A stretch of 64,000 bases of DNA from Macrostomum hystrix. Its lineage: Eukaryota > Animalia > Platyhelminthes. Each line of letters opens with the position of its first letter. Within the stretch, counting starts at the first letter, position 1. This document shows, one piece after another, positions 1 through 12,877 of the stretch. The stretch is from contig CATNEN010000038.1 in NCBI GenBank assembly GCA_950097015.1, forward strand, positions 5,208,001-5,272,000, given 5' to 3'. Below the pieces are notes generated by a model, which saw only the letters and a program-made list of their open reading frames with translations, was not told the DNA's origin and did no database searches. A program made the position numbers and the translations under genes.

Positions 1-886
1 ATTCTCTCAACAGATACTGTGCTCAACTGATTCTCTCAACAGATACTGTGCTCAACTGATTCTCTTAACAGATACTGTGCTCAACTGATTCTCTCAACAG
101 ATACTGTGCTCAACTGATTCTCTCAACAGATACTGTGCTCAACTGATTCTCTCAACAGATACTGTGCTCAACTGATTCTCTTAACAGATACTGTGCTCAA
201 CTGATTCTCTCAACAGATACTGTGCTCAACTGATTCTCTTAACAGATACTATGCTCAACTGATTCTCTCAACAGATACTGTGCTCAACTGATTTTCTCAA
301 CAGATACTGTGCTCAACTGATTCTCTCAACAGATACTGTGCTCAACTGATTCTCTCAACAGATACTATGCTCAACTGATTCTCTCAACAGATACTGTGCT
401 CAACTGATTCTCTCAACAGATACTGTGCTCAACTGATTTTCTCAACAGATACTGTGCTCAACTGATTCTCTTAACAGATACTATGCTCAACTGATTCTCT
501 CAACAGATACTGTGCTCAACTGATTCTCTCAACAGATACTGTGCTTAACTGATTCTCTAAACAGATACTGTGCTCAACTGATTCTCTCAACAGATACTGT
601 GCTCAACTGATTCTCTCAACAGATACTGTGCTCAACTGATTCTCTCAACAGATACTGTGCTCAACTGATTCTCTCAACAGATACTGTGCTCAACTGATTC
701 TCTAAACAGATACTGTGCTCAACTGATTCTCTCAACAGATACTGTGCTCAACTGATTCTCTCAACAGATACTGTGCTCAACTGATTCTCTCAACAGATAC
801 TGTGCTCAACTGATTCTCTAAACAGATACTGTGCTCAACTGATTCTCTCAACAGATACTGTGCTCAACTGATTCTCTCAACAGATA
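1..886. repeat. 29-bp tandem minisatellite (ATTCTCTCAACAGATACTGTGCTCAACTG)n, about 30 copies, probably in an intron of the MBLAC1-like gene
   Basis: Near-perfect 29-bp unit read directly; continues off the left edge. Confidence 0.97.
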
Positions 887-903
887 CGGCAGAAAGTCCT
901 CAC

Positions 904-1547
904 AGTGATCTCAGATTCTTCCTCCGTTTTGAAGGCCTCAAACAGCGGCCCAGACGCGGTTCTGACCAGCACGGTGACGTCATCAGACGAATGCCCGGGC
1001 GTGTGCACAACGCGAACAAATTCGTCCAACTCGTAGGCGATGCCAGAGCGAAAGTCGTGCGACAAAAACTGATCCGGCGCTTTGGCAATGTCGCAGCCTA
1101 CAATCATTAGGCTGGCGCTGCTAGAAAACATGGCCAGGTTGCCGATGTGATCGATGTGGCCGTGTGTGCAGATCACCATGCCAATGTCAGATGGGGCAAC
1201 GCCACGCGTAGCTAGCAAGTTGACTAGCTGCTCTGTTTCCCAGGGGCCGCCAATGTCAACCAGGATGTTTTGGTTGCTGGGGCCTCTAATTAGGGTGATG
1301 GTGCAGCCGCTACACTCTGGTGAGCTGTAGCCAGCTCGCAGGACATCAACTGTGTAAGGAGAAGCCTGGAGAGTGCATGGAGGAACGAAGTTAGTCGACT
1401 GATATATTATGAAAGCCTCAGTCAAAAGTTCTATCGAGTAATCATTGCCTTATTAAATAACTTTTGTTTGAATTTCAATTTACAAAAAAACCATTTCTTA
1501 GACATTAGCTTAAAAACTTTATCAACCTAAATATTTACCTGCTTCAT
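904..1547 (-). CDS. MBLAC1: Metallo-beta-lactamase domain-containing protein 1-like (3' partial)
   Basis: Motifs LVDIGG, THGHIDHIG (HxHxDH) and TPGHS. Model: exon 1547-1539 (ATG AAG CAG|gtaaat), then exon 1365-904 (gactaac...ctctccag acceptor; ACT|gtgagg donor). The C-terminal GDLF part is presumably beyond the window. Confidence 0.82.
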
Positions 1548-4500
1548 CCACTTGTCTGATCAGATGCTTGCTCGATAAAAAATATCGCTGGCTGAAAACT
1601 ATTGATCAAACTGCATGCCTAAAGAACAGTATACATCATTTGACTACAAGCTTAAGATTAGAATTTTGCTAGGTCACAGGTCACAGCTAGCAAATCACAG
1701 GTACAGGTAAATCTTCTAATTCTTGATATGCAAGTAAAGTCTAAATCAAAAAAGCATGGCAGTCAAAAAAAGAAGAATATTTTGTCTTTTTTTACAATTA
1801 GAATGTCATTAAATGTGATGCTTGAAAATCATTAAATTATATTGATAAATGATCAGCACCACAAGATAGCTTTTGTATAGACCGTGTCAAACTAGAAGTC
1901 TAGCTATACTTACTAACTATAATTAAAAGCCTTTGAACTCCATAAAAAAAGGGATTCAAAGAGCAAGACAATGTCTGTCTTACATTGCTTAGAAAATGAC
2001 CCAAATTTTTTAGAGTTGGAATGTAAAGAATGCAAAATGTAATTTAATAGTAAAAACAGCCCTCACGACTGTGAGGTTCATGAAATGAAGCTAGTTTAAA
2101 AACAGAAGTAAATTATAAAAAGAAAATGAATTACAAAAATTGTTTTTTTCCAGCTTTCTAAGGACACAAAGTTTAATAAATAAACTAAATTCTAAAGGAC
2201 TCATTTTGAAGGACACAAAACTCATAGCTTTGTTCAATAAATGATTTCCCTTTTAGACAACCCTTTCTCCACTCACTTGCCTAAGCAGATTTCTCCCTAC
2301 CAACCTTATGCGCTGTTATATCGAATTAATATAGATGATTTACATCTGTAGACTGAAATTACAGGCTACCTAAATAATCAAACAAAAATTGACATAAACA
2401 AAATGAAAACTTGCAATTGACTATAATAAAAAAACATAAATATAGTATTTGAAATTTTGTGACTTTAGAAGCAATTTCTTGCAAAATATACACCTAAGCT
2501 AAACAAACTATTAAACTAACATTTGTCAAGTTTCTGGACTACTAAACAAAGACAAAGGGATTAGACTAACACTGACTTCTAGGCATAATTTCTCTCATAC
2601 TGATCCTACAACTATTGATATTTTTTTATTAAATGGTCTGCAGTTATGAAGCAGGAAGTTTTGGAAAGTTCATCAATTGTCAATGAACAACAATGGAAAG
2701 TTAGGCATAAAGTTGGGCAGTAATCCAAAGAATCACTACAAAGTAGACTACAACTGAATTCAACTTAATAGGTTTCACAATAGTTAGTCAGTGCTCCCCC
2801 ATACATGCACATAGTAAGGAATGAACATTGTATCAAGGTTGAGATGAATTGAATGCTTTAATTCTTGAGATTCAGAAAACCAATATACAACCTGCCAAGA
2901 CAGTCAGGTTTGATATTAGCCAAGTGCAAATTAACAACACATATTAAATAATTATTTACATTTCCAATGTCTGCCCTATCCTTCACACTTCTTGCAAATA
3001 TTGTGGAATATTTGTCAACAGTATCAAACTTGTGAAATAGGTTTACAAACCTAGGCCTACAAACTGTGAGAACACAGTATAGAAATTAGTATTGAAGTGA
3101 TAACTAAAGGGTTGGATCTAAGTGAAGTATAAAAATCATATAAAGGGAGTTATTGAGTGTCAAAATCCTCTAAAGGGTGTTTTTGAGTACATTAACCGAT
3201 ATAAGAGTAATTCTGTATTTTGTATGTGGGGGTAACTGATACCTTCTAATCCTCTGGAAGCCTAAGTAAGACTGTACATAAAGAATTAAATATGTGAAAA
3301 AAATTAAAAAAAGTTAAACCTGTAGTTTATGGCATAGAGGTATTCAAATACTCTGAAATAATTGTATTCATAACTGATAATAAGTTTCTTGCCACTAGGA
3401 CACAGATAATGTATGCTACCATAGAGTAATTCAAGCTCAATAGTATATAAAATATGTTATACTGGTTGATAAATAGTTATAATCTTATTATCTTGTTATT
3501 ATATCATTATATGCAAGATAAATTAGACTTATAAGAAAAGAGCCCTACAGCACTTGTGGATAAAGTTCTTTAATAGATTTGACAAAAAAGAAAAGAAAAT
3601 TCCATAAGTCAATAACCATAGTCCTTTTGTCTCTAGTAACTTTAGGTCTCCAGTCATTAAGTCATAAACGACTATCATGCTGTCACTGTTATTTTTCTTG
3701 ATGAAAAAAGCAAGTCATATAGTAAAAAAAAAGTGCAAAATTTACTGATAATACAAACTAAAGACGGAATTAAATTTAGTGTATGCACTCAAATCATCAT
3801 TTATTTCACAGTCTCACAGATACATCACATGAGTAACGAGTTTTAAAAAACGAGGAAAATTCTCGAAAGATTATTTCTTGGAATATAGAAAAAGTTAAAT
3901 TCGTGACTATTTTAATAGCACTGAGCATTGAAACAAAACTTGAATAATCCCTTTTTCGTGATGCTGCTTTTATTCAAATATAAAATTCTCATGTGGGCCT
4001 AAACCAGCGCCTAGATCGAGTGTAATAACAGAACATTTACTCACCCATTCTATTTACTTCTTTAGTTACAACTTTCTGTTAGTCCCAAAAACTATTTCCT
4101 TTGTGACTTCGTCTTGTTGGCGTTTCCGTTGGTCAACTTCTGTCTACACTCAAATGTATTGTGTCGCTGACTACAATATTTTCCTTAAATATCGATTATT
4201 TGTATTTAAAATGCCATTTAGATTTTAATTGAATTGATAACTAATTCTGACGAAGGCGAAGGAAAGGGAAAAAGGCTGCCATATTTTTGAAGATTTTTAT
4301 CTATAGGGCCTATATAGGCCTAGTATATATGACTTTGTTTTTATATATTTACATTGGCTTAGGCCTATATTATTTATAATATAGTATAAACACTATAATA
4401 ACCTTTACTTCTAAATATATAAACTTTCATGTGTTGTTTGACTGTGTATATGTCGGTGGATAATTTTGATATCTCCTCTCCTCTTAAAGCTCTGGCAACT

Positions 4501-6325
4501 CAATATTCAAGCTTATGCATGGAAAATTTTTTAATTTTCCGAGGAAGGCTATAGGCTATTTTAATTATGAAATTTCTAGTTTAACTTTAAGATCCCTAAC
4601 AAGCATAAATGTGTGTTAGGCCCTAATAGGCCCCTAGCATTGATTAGCTGACTATATCTCACCCTTCCCTTGTGGAAAATTAAATGGTTACATAGAAACT
4701 GCCACTTATCTGTTTAGTGTATTTTATCTCCAGTGGATGGTTGGCAGTTAGGTTGAAAACAGAGTAAAGGAGAGGCATATATTAACTCCCTCTCTTTAGC
4801 CTATTGGCACAGAGGGGGTGTCACAAGTCAGCTGCTATCTATTAAAATTTGCACCTTTGACTGGGCAAAGAGGTGGCAGTTGCAGACAGTTAAAGTATAG
4901 GCATATCTATTGAAACTCATACCTCTGAATGGGAGGAGAGAAGAAAGGGCTGTTTTATACTAATAAGGAAGGTCAGTTTGATTTAATTAGTAATAGCTCA
5001 TACACTTTCTTGGTAGAAGAGGTAGGCCTTTCACAATAAATTTATTTACACTTGCACTTTTGACTTATTAAAGATAGTAAAATGCTTATAAATAGGGCTT
5101 GGTCTGGATAGTCACTGTACAACCTTCTACTACTACTAATTCTACTTCTTAGCCTAGTAAAGTCTTCATTAGTTTGTTATTTTGATATATTTTTCCTGCT
5201 TTAATTAAATTTCTTTAGCTAGGCCCCTATGACTGTTCTGGAAACAGTGCTATATACTTATAGAAAAAAGTTTATAATCTGTAGATGAGATCAAGGTCTG
5301 CATTCTTTTTTGAGTTTTTTACTGTGTGACAGTCTCACTTTAGAGTCTATTTCTCTATTTTTTTATGCAACCAGCCAGTTGGCATTCATTAGGCCTTTTA
5401 TTGTTTAAAGCTTAGTCAGACATTAGCCTACTTTGTCATATACCATTGTAGACAACTCAATTTAAAACTGCTGCTATGACTATGTGTGAGGATAAGTAAA
5501 AATGAGGCTAAACTGTGAGAGAATAAGTCCCTTTCTTCTTTTCTTATTCTTGACTTGAGACCAGACAATGGTATAAGAGTTTCAACCACAAGGTTTGTCA
5601 TTTGTAATGTATACACTTTTTTAATATGATTGCAATAGTCTGGATCATTTATTATATGCCCAAAAATTGGGCATGCCTTGGTGTTGCCTACCCAATAGGG
5701 CACTTGCCTCATATTAAATTTTTGGCATGCAAACTCAGTGATTAAGGTGGTTATGATGCATGTGTAGCACTAGTAACTAATAGACCTAGTAAATAGTAAA
5801 TATGGTTGTCAACTATAGAAAATATTCTTTGTTCCACTGGCCATTTAAAATTTATCAGATTTTTTGTTAAAACTTTTAAGCACACTAAATAAACTGTTCA
5901 AATTGTGCCCTTTTGTTTTTTAGTTTTTCTGGCATGCACCTAGCATGATCTGGACTATGCTGTGATCCCTCAAATGGTGAATCTGTTCCTAAAATTGTAT
6001 ATGGGGATAAGGTAATGAAAGTGAGGGGAATTGGTTTTTTCTCCAATTGCTTCCATGGTCAATTAAAAAGATAGTATTACAACCATAATTTAATTTTCTG
6101 CTTTTTTAAATCTTAGTTACTACCTTAACTTATGACTTATATATATATAATGTAGCCATCATGTACCCTTTCCTTTGAATTTTTTAGATATGCTATATTC
6201 ATAGATCTTATGAAATGTTCTTATCTTGAATTTTTTGTTATTATAGCTCAATTCAATAGTTACTACAGCCAGTAGTAACTATTATATAATATTATTTAAA
6301 AAACAGATCTCTGACTAAAGAAGCA

Positions 6326-9300
6326 ATGGAGAATGGCTGTTTGAATGGGGTTGCTAATGGCAACAGTGCTAACCACTCTGGCGCAACTGCTTCATCCGTG
6401 CCGCCAGCTATGAATGAGCGCAATTTAGAAACTGTCCGCCTCATTGGACAATTCCTGCGCGAGCTGGGCCTGTCGCACAGTGTTGACACTCTGGTACAGG
6501 AGAGTGGCTGCGCCTTGGAGAATAGTGCCGCCGCCAACTTTCGCAGGCACGTTGTTAATGGCAACTGGGATGCCGCTGAGGAGTGCATGCAGCTGCTGCA
6601 GGTGAGGCTAACATTAGCTCTGAATTCAACATTGGAGAATGGGAAGTTTACTGAAAATAGGCAAATTTATTAGCTAGCGGGCCAAAGAGAGAATCTAACA
6701 GACGACCGTGGGTCACATTTACTGTAGAAATATGAGATAGAGGAGAGATTTGGCATAGAAGGGATGAGACACGGGAGAGATAAGACAATAGGCTAGATGA
6801 GACACGGGAGATATGAGAAACGGAAGAGAAGAGACATCGGAGATATGAGACACACGCGAGAGATGAGACGGGAGATAGATAAGATGGATACGAGGGACAG
6901 GGGAGGGATCAGACACGGGAGAGATAATACAGGAGAGAGACAAGACCGAGGACAGGTGAGACAGGGTACAGATAAAACAGGATACCGTAGGTGTCGCAAG
7001 GGGCAACGGGCCGAATTCGGGAGCTTCGAGGGCAGAATCTGGCCCGCGGGCCGGAGTTTGCCGACCCCTGATCTAGACAGTCTAAAGTTAGAAGACAGAG
7101 TTAATCGTGGGCAGTGGGAAGTCAGTACGGACATCTCTCCCTTCCCTTCTCCGCCACCAGTCGCTGGTGATCGACTCCGGCTCTGTCACAGAGATCGCAT
7201 TCCGGCTGTGCGAGCAGCGCTACATGGAGCTGCTGGAGAGCGGTGACTATATGGGCGCCCTGAATGTGCTGCGCAACCGCCTGACACCGCTGAAGTTCAA
7301 CACTGGCCGGGTGCATGAGCTCAGCACCTTCATCATGTGCAGCGACGCCTCCGAGCTGCACCGCGTCAGCGGCTGGCCTGGCGCACTCTCCGGTGAGTCA
7401 ATTCGGTCCTGAGTTCGAATCTGCCGCGGATTCGATCTGAGGGACTCCCTTACAATATAACTGGCGCTTGTTATTCGACCAACATGTGAGATAGCCGCGT
7501 CTTAGGAAATCGCTTCGTTCGCTGCCTTAGCAACACCAAGATTATCAATAACCAACAAGGTTCTAGTTTGCCTCTCGCACCAAGGTCCCTGAGCTCAAAT
7601 TTCTTGACGAGGTCACCTTTTTTAGGGCGAATTTCCCTTGAGGGCAAATCCCAAGGCGCAGCGAGAGTGTACACTGCCTGACGATAAGAAAGTCAGGGCA
7701 GGTGTACACACCTGTGAGTGTGTGTCTGCGTACATGCAGTATCTGGGTGTGTGTGGTCAGGAGTCAGCGAAATGGATAGAATTGCCTCCTCGCTGGCTGC
7801 GGGTCTAGTGTCACCAAATGAGTCGCAATCTCACCTGAGATAAAACCGGTGATCCGGTGATCTAAATAATAAAGTTCCATTGCCCGCAGCCCTCCTGCAA
7901 ATGTTATTACTACTATAGTTAGACACTTTATCAAATATTCTATTCCTTTCACCCTTCTATACAACGCAACGCGAAAGCAGAATCGCAAACCGTTTCAAGG
8001 CACCCGAGATGCCCTGCTGGACCAGCTGCAGCAGTTTTTCCCGCCCGCTGTGATGCTGCCACCCCGACGCCTGCTGTCACTGCTAGACGAGGCTGTGCAG
8101 TACCAGCTGACCCGGTGCCGCTATCACAACACTCGCCTGCCAGCTGGCGACGTCTCCCTCCTGGCTGACCACGCCTGCACTCGGGACAGCGCCGAGTTTC
8201 CCGCGCGATGCGGCCAGGTAAGATTATGAAGATGGGATTCTAGGATCAGTGTTGATTGGGATCTTGGGATCCTGGGATCAGTGTTGATTGGGATCTTGGG
8301 ATCCTGGGATCAGTGTTGATTGGGATCTTGGGATCCCGGGATCAGTGTTGATTGGGATCCTGGGATCAGTGTTGATTGGGATCCTGGGATCCTGGGATCA
8401 GTGTTGATTGGGATCCTGGGATCAGTGTTGATTGGGATCCTGGGATCAGTGTTGATTGGGATCCTGGGATCAGTGTTGATTGGGATCCTGGGATCAGTGT
8501 TGATTGGGATCCTGGGATCAGTGTTGATTGGGATCCTGGGATCAGTTTTGATTGGGATCTTGGGATCCTGGGATCAGTGTTGATTGGGATCTTGGGATCC
8601 CGGGATCAGTGTTGATTGGGATCCTGGGATCAGTGTTGATTGGGATCCTGGGATCAGTGTTGATTGGGAGGCTGAAATTTAATGGAATGGTGGAATCATT
8701 CCATGAATGATTTTTGGATTTTTGATTGGGATCTTGGGATCCCGGGATCAGTGTTGATTGGGATCCTGGGATCAGTGTTGATTGGGATCCTGGGATCAGT
8801 GTTGATTGGGAGGCTGAGATTTAATGGAATGGTGGAATCATTCCATGAATGATTTTTGGATTTTTAGGGTAGATTTTTAGGATGAAATCAAGGTTGATGA
8901 AGTTATGAGATCTTCTTAGATAGATGAGATAATTGGATCAAGGTAGATCGGGATGCTGAGATCGGGGTAGGTTTCGCATATCGTTTGTCATTCGTTTTAT
9001 TCGCACCTCAGATTGCGGACCAGCACCAGGACGAGGTGCGCTGCTGCCAGTTCTCGCCGGACGGTCACCACCTCGCTACCGGCTGCAAGGACGGCGCAGT
9101 GCTAGTCTGGCGTGTCGACGAGCTGACGCTCCGGCTGTCGGTGGTCAACAGCTTTCACATCGGCGGCGACCACGGTGGCGTCGCCTGCCTGGCCTGGTCG
9201 CCGGACAGTCGGCAGCTCCTCGCCTGCGCTGCCGAGGACAGCTCCGAAGTCCTGGTCTGGAGTATCGCTTCGCGACCGACACCGACGCCGCCGCCTCCGC

Positions 9301-11461
9301 CGCTGTCCCAGCAACAGCAGCAGCAGCCACTTTTGCTGCCTCCAATTGACCACCATTTGAATGGCGGCGGTCTGCTGATTGGTGGCAGCCGCGAGGCGCA
9401 GCGTTTCAGCCGTGGCGGCGGCGCGACGGACGAGTCGCTGACAACGGCAGCGTGGTTTCCGGACTCCCAGCACTTTGTGGCTGGTGGTATTCGAGGTAAT
9501 TCACTCAGACTTTCACCTGTTAGATCGTGCCCTGGTTCAGGTCTTTTTTACAATAGAAATACCACATTAGTCCATTTTAGTTAAAAAATAAAAATATTTA
9601 ACTTTATCAAACCAAAATAGTCAACAATTATAGCCGACAATCGATGTTTTTGCCACCAGACACGCCGACAAGAATCGTTGAATATCTCGACGATTGCCGG
9701 TGTTTTTTTATTCTGGAAGTTATTTAAAATCGGATAGAGCGGAAAATCAGACTATCCCTCACGGTCTGATGAGCCTACAGCGTCTATGTTCCTGAATTTA
9801 ATTTATGAGCCGCTAATCCCATTTGTAATCGGCTGCTAATCTCTAATTCACAGGCCATTTCTACCTGTTCAGCTTGGAGGCGGGCTTTCGCAAGTACTGG
9901 GAATTTATTCGAGTTGTTGCCTTGGCAACTCGCACCGATCTAGATGGCAACACTGCCGCCTTGGCTGCCGACTCATTCGGACGGGTGCGTCAGTACAGAT
10001 TCGACACCATGCAGGATGAGACCCTGCTGCAGGAGGACGGCAGCATCATCGCAATGTGCCTGTCACGTGACCAGCAGATTGCGGCTCTCAGCGTAGTGAA
10101 CTCCGGCCTGAGACTGTGGGATCTGCAGCACCGGGTTTGCCTGCAGCGACTCTCCGGCACTGGCGTCAGTCAGGGCGGCTACTGCCTTCACGCCTGCTTC
10201 GGCGGACTCGATGGCGACTTTGTGGCGTCCGGATCGCAGGACAATTGCGCCTACATCTGGCGCAGGGGCGGCGCGGATGTTCAGCCCGACAGGTGCGGCA
10301 TGTAGGCTGGGGCGTAGGGTGGCGGCTGAGATAAAGGTTCATGGAATAAGGATGAGATGAAGGGTTCATGGAATAAGGATGGGATGAAGGGTTCATGGAA
10401 TAAGGATGAGATGAAGGGTTCATGGAATAAGGATGAGATGAAGGGTTCATGGAATAAGGATGAGGTGAAGGGTTCATGGAATAAGGATGAGATGAAGGAT
10501 TCAAATAATGAGGCTGAGATGAAGGGTTCATGGAATAAGGATGGGATGAAGGGCTCATGGAATAAGGATGAGATAAAGGGTGACCGGACCTATGACCGGA
10601 CAAATCTACAACAGCTTTTCAATTGCTCTAACTATTGTACTGCGTCAGGGTCGGTGGCAGAGCGGTTATCGCGTTTGCCTCTCGCACCAAGGTCCCTGAG
10701 CTCGATTCCACGGCGAGGCCCTATTTATTTTGTGGCGCAGCCGCGGAGAGAAGGCTCGAGGGCTTGTCGTGCAATTTGAGCCCTTGAGGGCCAACCTCCT
10801 AGGCACAGTGAGAGTGTACACTGCCTGACGATGAAAAAGTCAGGACAGATGTACACACCTGTGTGCGTGCATGCTCAGGAGTCAGCGAAATGGGCTGAAT
10901 TGCCTCCTCGCTGGCTGTGGGTCCAGTGTCACCAAATGATGTGCCATTGCCCGAAGCCCTCCTGCAATCATTAATATGAATTTTAACGGTGTTTGATAAG
11001 GCTGAGATGAAGAGTCTCAGAGGTAGCTGAGATGAAGGGTCCCAGATGTAGCTGAGATGAAGGGTCTCAGGTGTAGCTGAGATGAAGGGTCCCAGATGTA
11101 GCTGAGACGAAGGGTCCCAGATGTAGCTGAGATGAAGGGTCTCAGATGTAGCTAAGATGAAGGGAAACAAAAAGATAATCCAATGTACGCGCGCACCTAT
11201 TCCAGGCTCAGTGGCCACAGCGGCATCGTCAATTGCGTCACCTGGAATCCTCGGCATCACGGCATGCTTGTCACCGCCAGCGACGACTGCACGGTGCGAG
11301 TCTGGCTTCCAACAGCTCGCACCATCAGCAGCTCCGGCCATCACGGCGGCGGCGACAATTCCTCTGGAGGGGCGTCGGCGAATTTGGCCTCCTCGCCGGC
11401 TACGACATCGCCCTCAGAGTCTAACGTCGACGAAGATGACGACAATGGCATTCTGGAGTGA
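6326..11461 (+). CDS. WDR26: WD repeat-containing protein 26 (LisH-CTLH-WD40; CTLH/GID complex subunit), about 634 aa
   Basis: Exons 6326-6601, 7161-7392, 8000-8217, 9012-9495, 9854-10292 and 11206-11461, all GT-AG and phase-consistent. Motifs RLIGQFLRELGL...LVQESG, FRRHVVNGNW, LRNRLTPL, MLPPRRL, CFGG...FVASGSQD and GHSGIVNCVTWNP match WDR26/Gid7. Confidence 0.93.
6651..7070 (-). mobile_element. Degenerate hAT-type MITE, same family as 22250-22529
   Basis: Right end GGCCCGCGGGCCGGAGTTTGCCGACCCCTG and subterminal GAGAGAATCT..GACGAC match the reverse complement of the 22250 element; internal GAGATGAGACACGG repeats; left TIR decayed. Confidence 0.7.
7555..7912 (+). mobile_element. tRNA-derived SINE (family A), degenerate copy with an internal insertion
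   Basis: Aligns by eye to the family consensus (TTTGCCTCTCGCACCAAGG ... GCCCGCAGCCCTCCTGCAA). Confidence 0.85.
8232..8810. repeat. 24-bp minisatellite (GGGATCCTGGGATCAGTGTTGATT)n in WDR26 intron 3, with a duplicated ~140-bp block at its end
   Basis: Read directly. Confidence 0.93.
10325..10582. repeat. 27-bp minisatellite (GATGAAGGGTTCATGGAATAAGGATGA)n
   Basis: Read directly; WDR26 intron 5. Confidence 0.92.
10647..10975 (+). mobile_element. tRNA-derived SINE (family A)
   Basis: A box TGGCAGAGCGG, B box GAGCTCGATTCC, conserved body and CCTCCTGCAAT 3' end. Confidence 0.9.
11000..11165. repeat. 25-bp minisatellite (GCTGAGATGAAGGGTCCCAGATGTA)n
   Basis: Read directly. Confidence 0.88.
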
Positions 11462-11520
11462 CTGGGGCGTCAACTTGGTCGAGTCTGAGAGACTGAAAAT
11501 GAGCTCTGGCGACCCTAAAT

Positions 11521-11808
11521 CTTCAGGGTCTGATGTCCCCTCAGCCATCTTCCTAACCTTCAGGGTCTGATGTCCCCTCAGCCATCTTCCTAACCTTCAG
11601 GGTCTGATGTCCCCTCAGCCATCTTCCTAACCTTCAGGGTCTGATGTCCCCTCAGCCATCTTCCTAACCTTCAGGGTCTGATGTCCCCTCAGCCATCTTC
11701 CTAACCTTCAGGGTCTGATGTCCCCTCAGCCATCTTCCTAACCTTCAGGGTCTGATGTCCCCTCAGCCATCTTCCTAACCTTCAGGGTCTGATGTCCCCT
11801 CAGCCATC
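11521..11808. repeat. 37-bp perfect tandem repeat (CTTCAGGGTCTGATGTCCCCTCAGCCATCTTCCTAAC), about 8 copies, just downstream of the WDR26 stop
   Basis: Read directly. Confidence 0.95.
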
Positions 11809-12254
11809 CGCCTTTTGCAATTAATGTGCTGCTAACCTGCACCTGAAATGGCATCCTTGCAGACAGTTCAGAGCTGTTTCTGGCTGTCCAAAGTCTTTCC
11901 TGTTATTCAATTATGTTGAAAGTGTTCGCATAGTTTGCATCTGTCTGGCATGTCAATAGTTCGCCTGTATTTCTGTCCATTGTTCTGAAACGTTTTGCTT
12001 TTTTCATTGGCTTCCCAGGCGCGTTGATTTGTTTTGTTTTATTATTAGTATTTGATTACTCTATACAAATTCAACACGAGAATGCCTTTTCGCTTGCTAA
12101 ATTAATTTCGCACCGTATTCTGCTTAAGATGTGCTTTCCTTGATTTTAGTAAATAATTTTTCCTGTTTGCTATGGTTTCCTAACTCGCTCACGTCTGCGC
12201 GTCTTAAAGTGCACAATTTGTGATTTGCCAGCTGTCCTATCTGCCACTTTGCCA

Positions 12255-12375
12255 CCTCACATCTACCTTATCCCACCCACATCTACTTTATCCCACTCAC
12301 ATCTACCTTATCCCACACCTCATCTACCTTATCCTACCCACATCTATCTTGTCCCACCCACATTTACCTAATCCA
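12255..12375. repeat. Short ~20-bp degenerate repeat (CCCACATCTACCTTATCCCA)n
   Basis: Read directly. Confidence 0.75.
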
Positions 12376-12877
12376 AAAACTAAAAATCACTGAGCAATTG
12401 CCTGCAATTTATTTTCGTTTTTCAAAATGTACTGATTTCTACCGCTAGTTTCGCTCACTGGAAGCCTTCCTTACTTTACAGAATCAACAAATTTACTTTT
12501 GAACTCTTAATAATTAGTTTTAGCTTATCGGTTTTAATATTGCTACTAGCATCTTAATTTGACTTTTACTGGCACACTATTCAACAGCTATTTAGACAAC
12601 TTACTTTGATGATATATAAACCTGTATAAACATAGTTTTTTTGCATTGTGATTTAAACACTACATTTTTGCCTTCTCTCTTGTACATCTTACACCTCAGC
12701 AACGGCAACAGCAATCTTTCTTATTATACCCAATTATAATTTTGCTTGCACGACGTATATTATAAAAATAAAGTGGTTAAAAATTTGACACTGCTTGATT
12801 TGTTTCCAACACTAACGTTACTCTTTATCATGTAAATTTTTGTAAGAAGCCTATCTTACAATGCCTTTTAACTTCAG

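Noticed and set aside
1-886. CRISPR-like arrays (29-39-bp units here and at 11521, 23680, 30622)
   Set aside because: Units are head-to-tail with no unique spacers, no cas genes are present, and the context is eukaryotic.
1366-1450. TTG start at 1425 for MBLAC1
   Set aside because: Better explained as intron, with a branch point and acceptor at 1366 and an upstream ATG exon at 1547.
6295-6325. Spliced-leader trans-splicing or operon organisation
   Set aside because: Acceptors upstream of the ATGs (also near 1592, 21674, 39480) fit cis-spliced 5' UTR introns equally well; neighbouring genes mostly alternate strand and no SL RNA was recognised.
9765-9800. C/D snoRNA or hammerhead in WDR26 intron 4 (CTGATGA ... 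CTGA)
   Set aside because: The boxes are only about 25 nt apart, with no terminal stem and no GAAA core.
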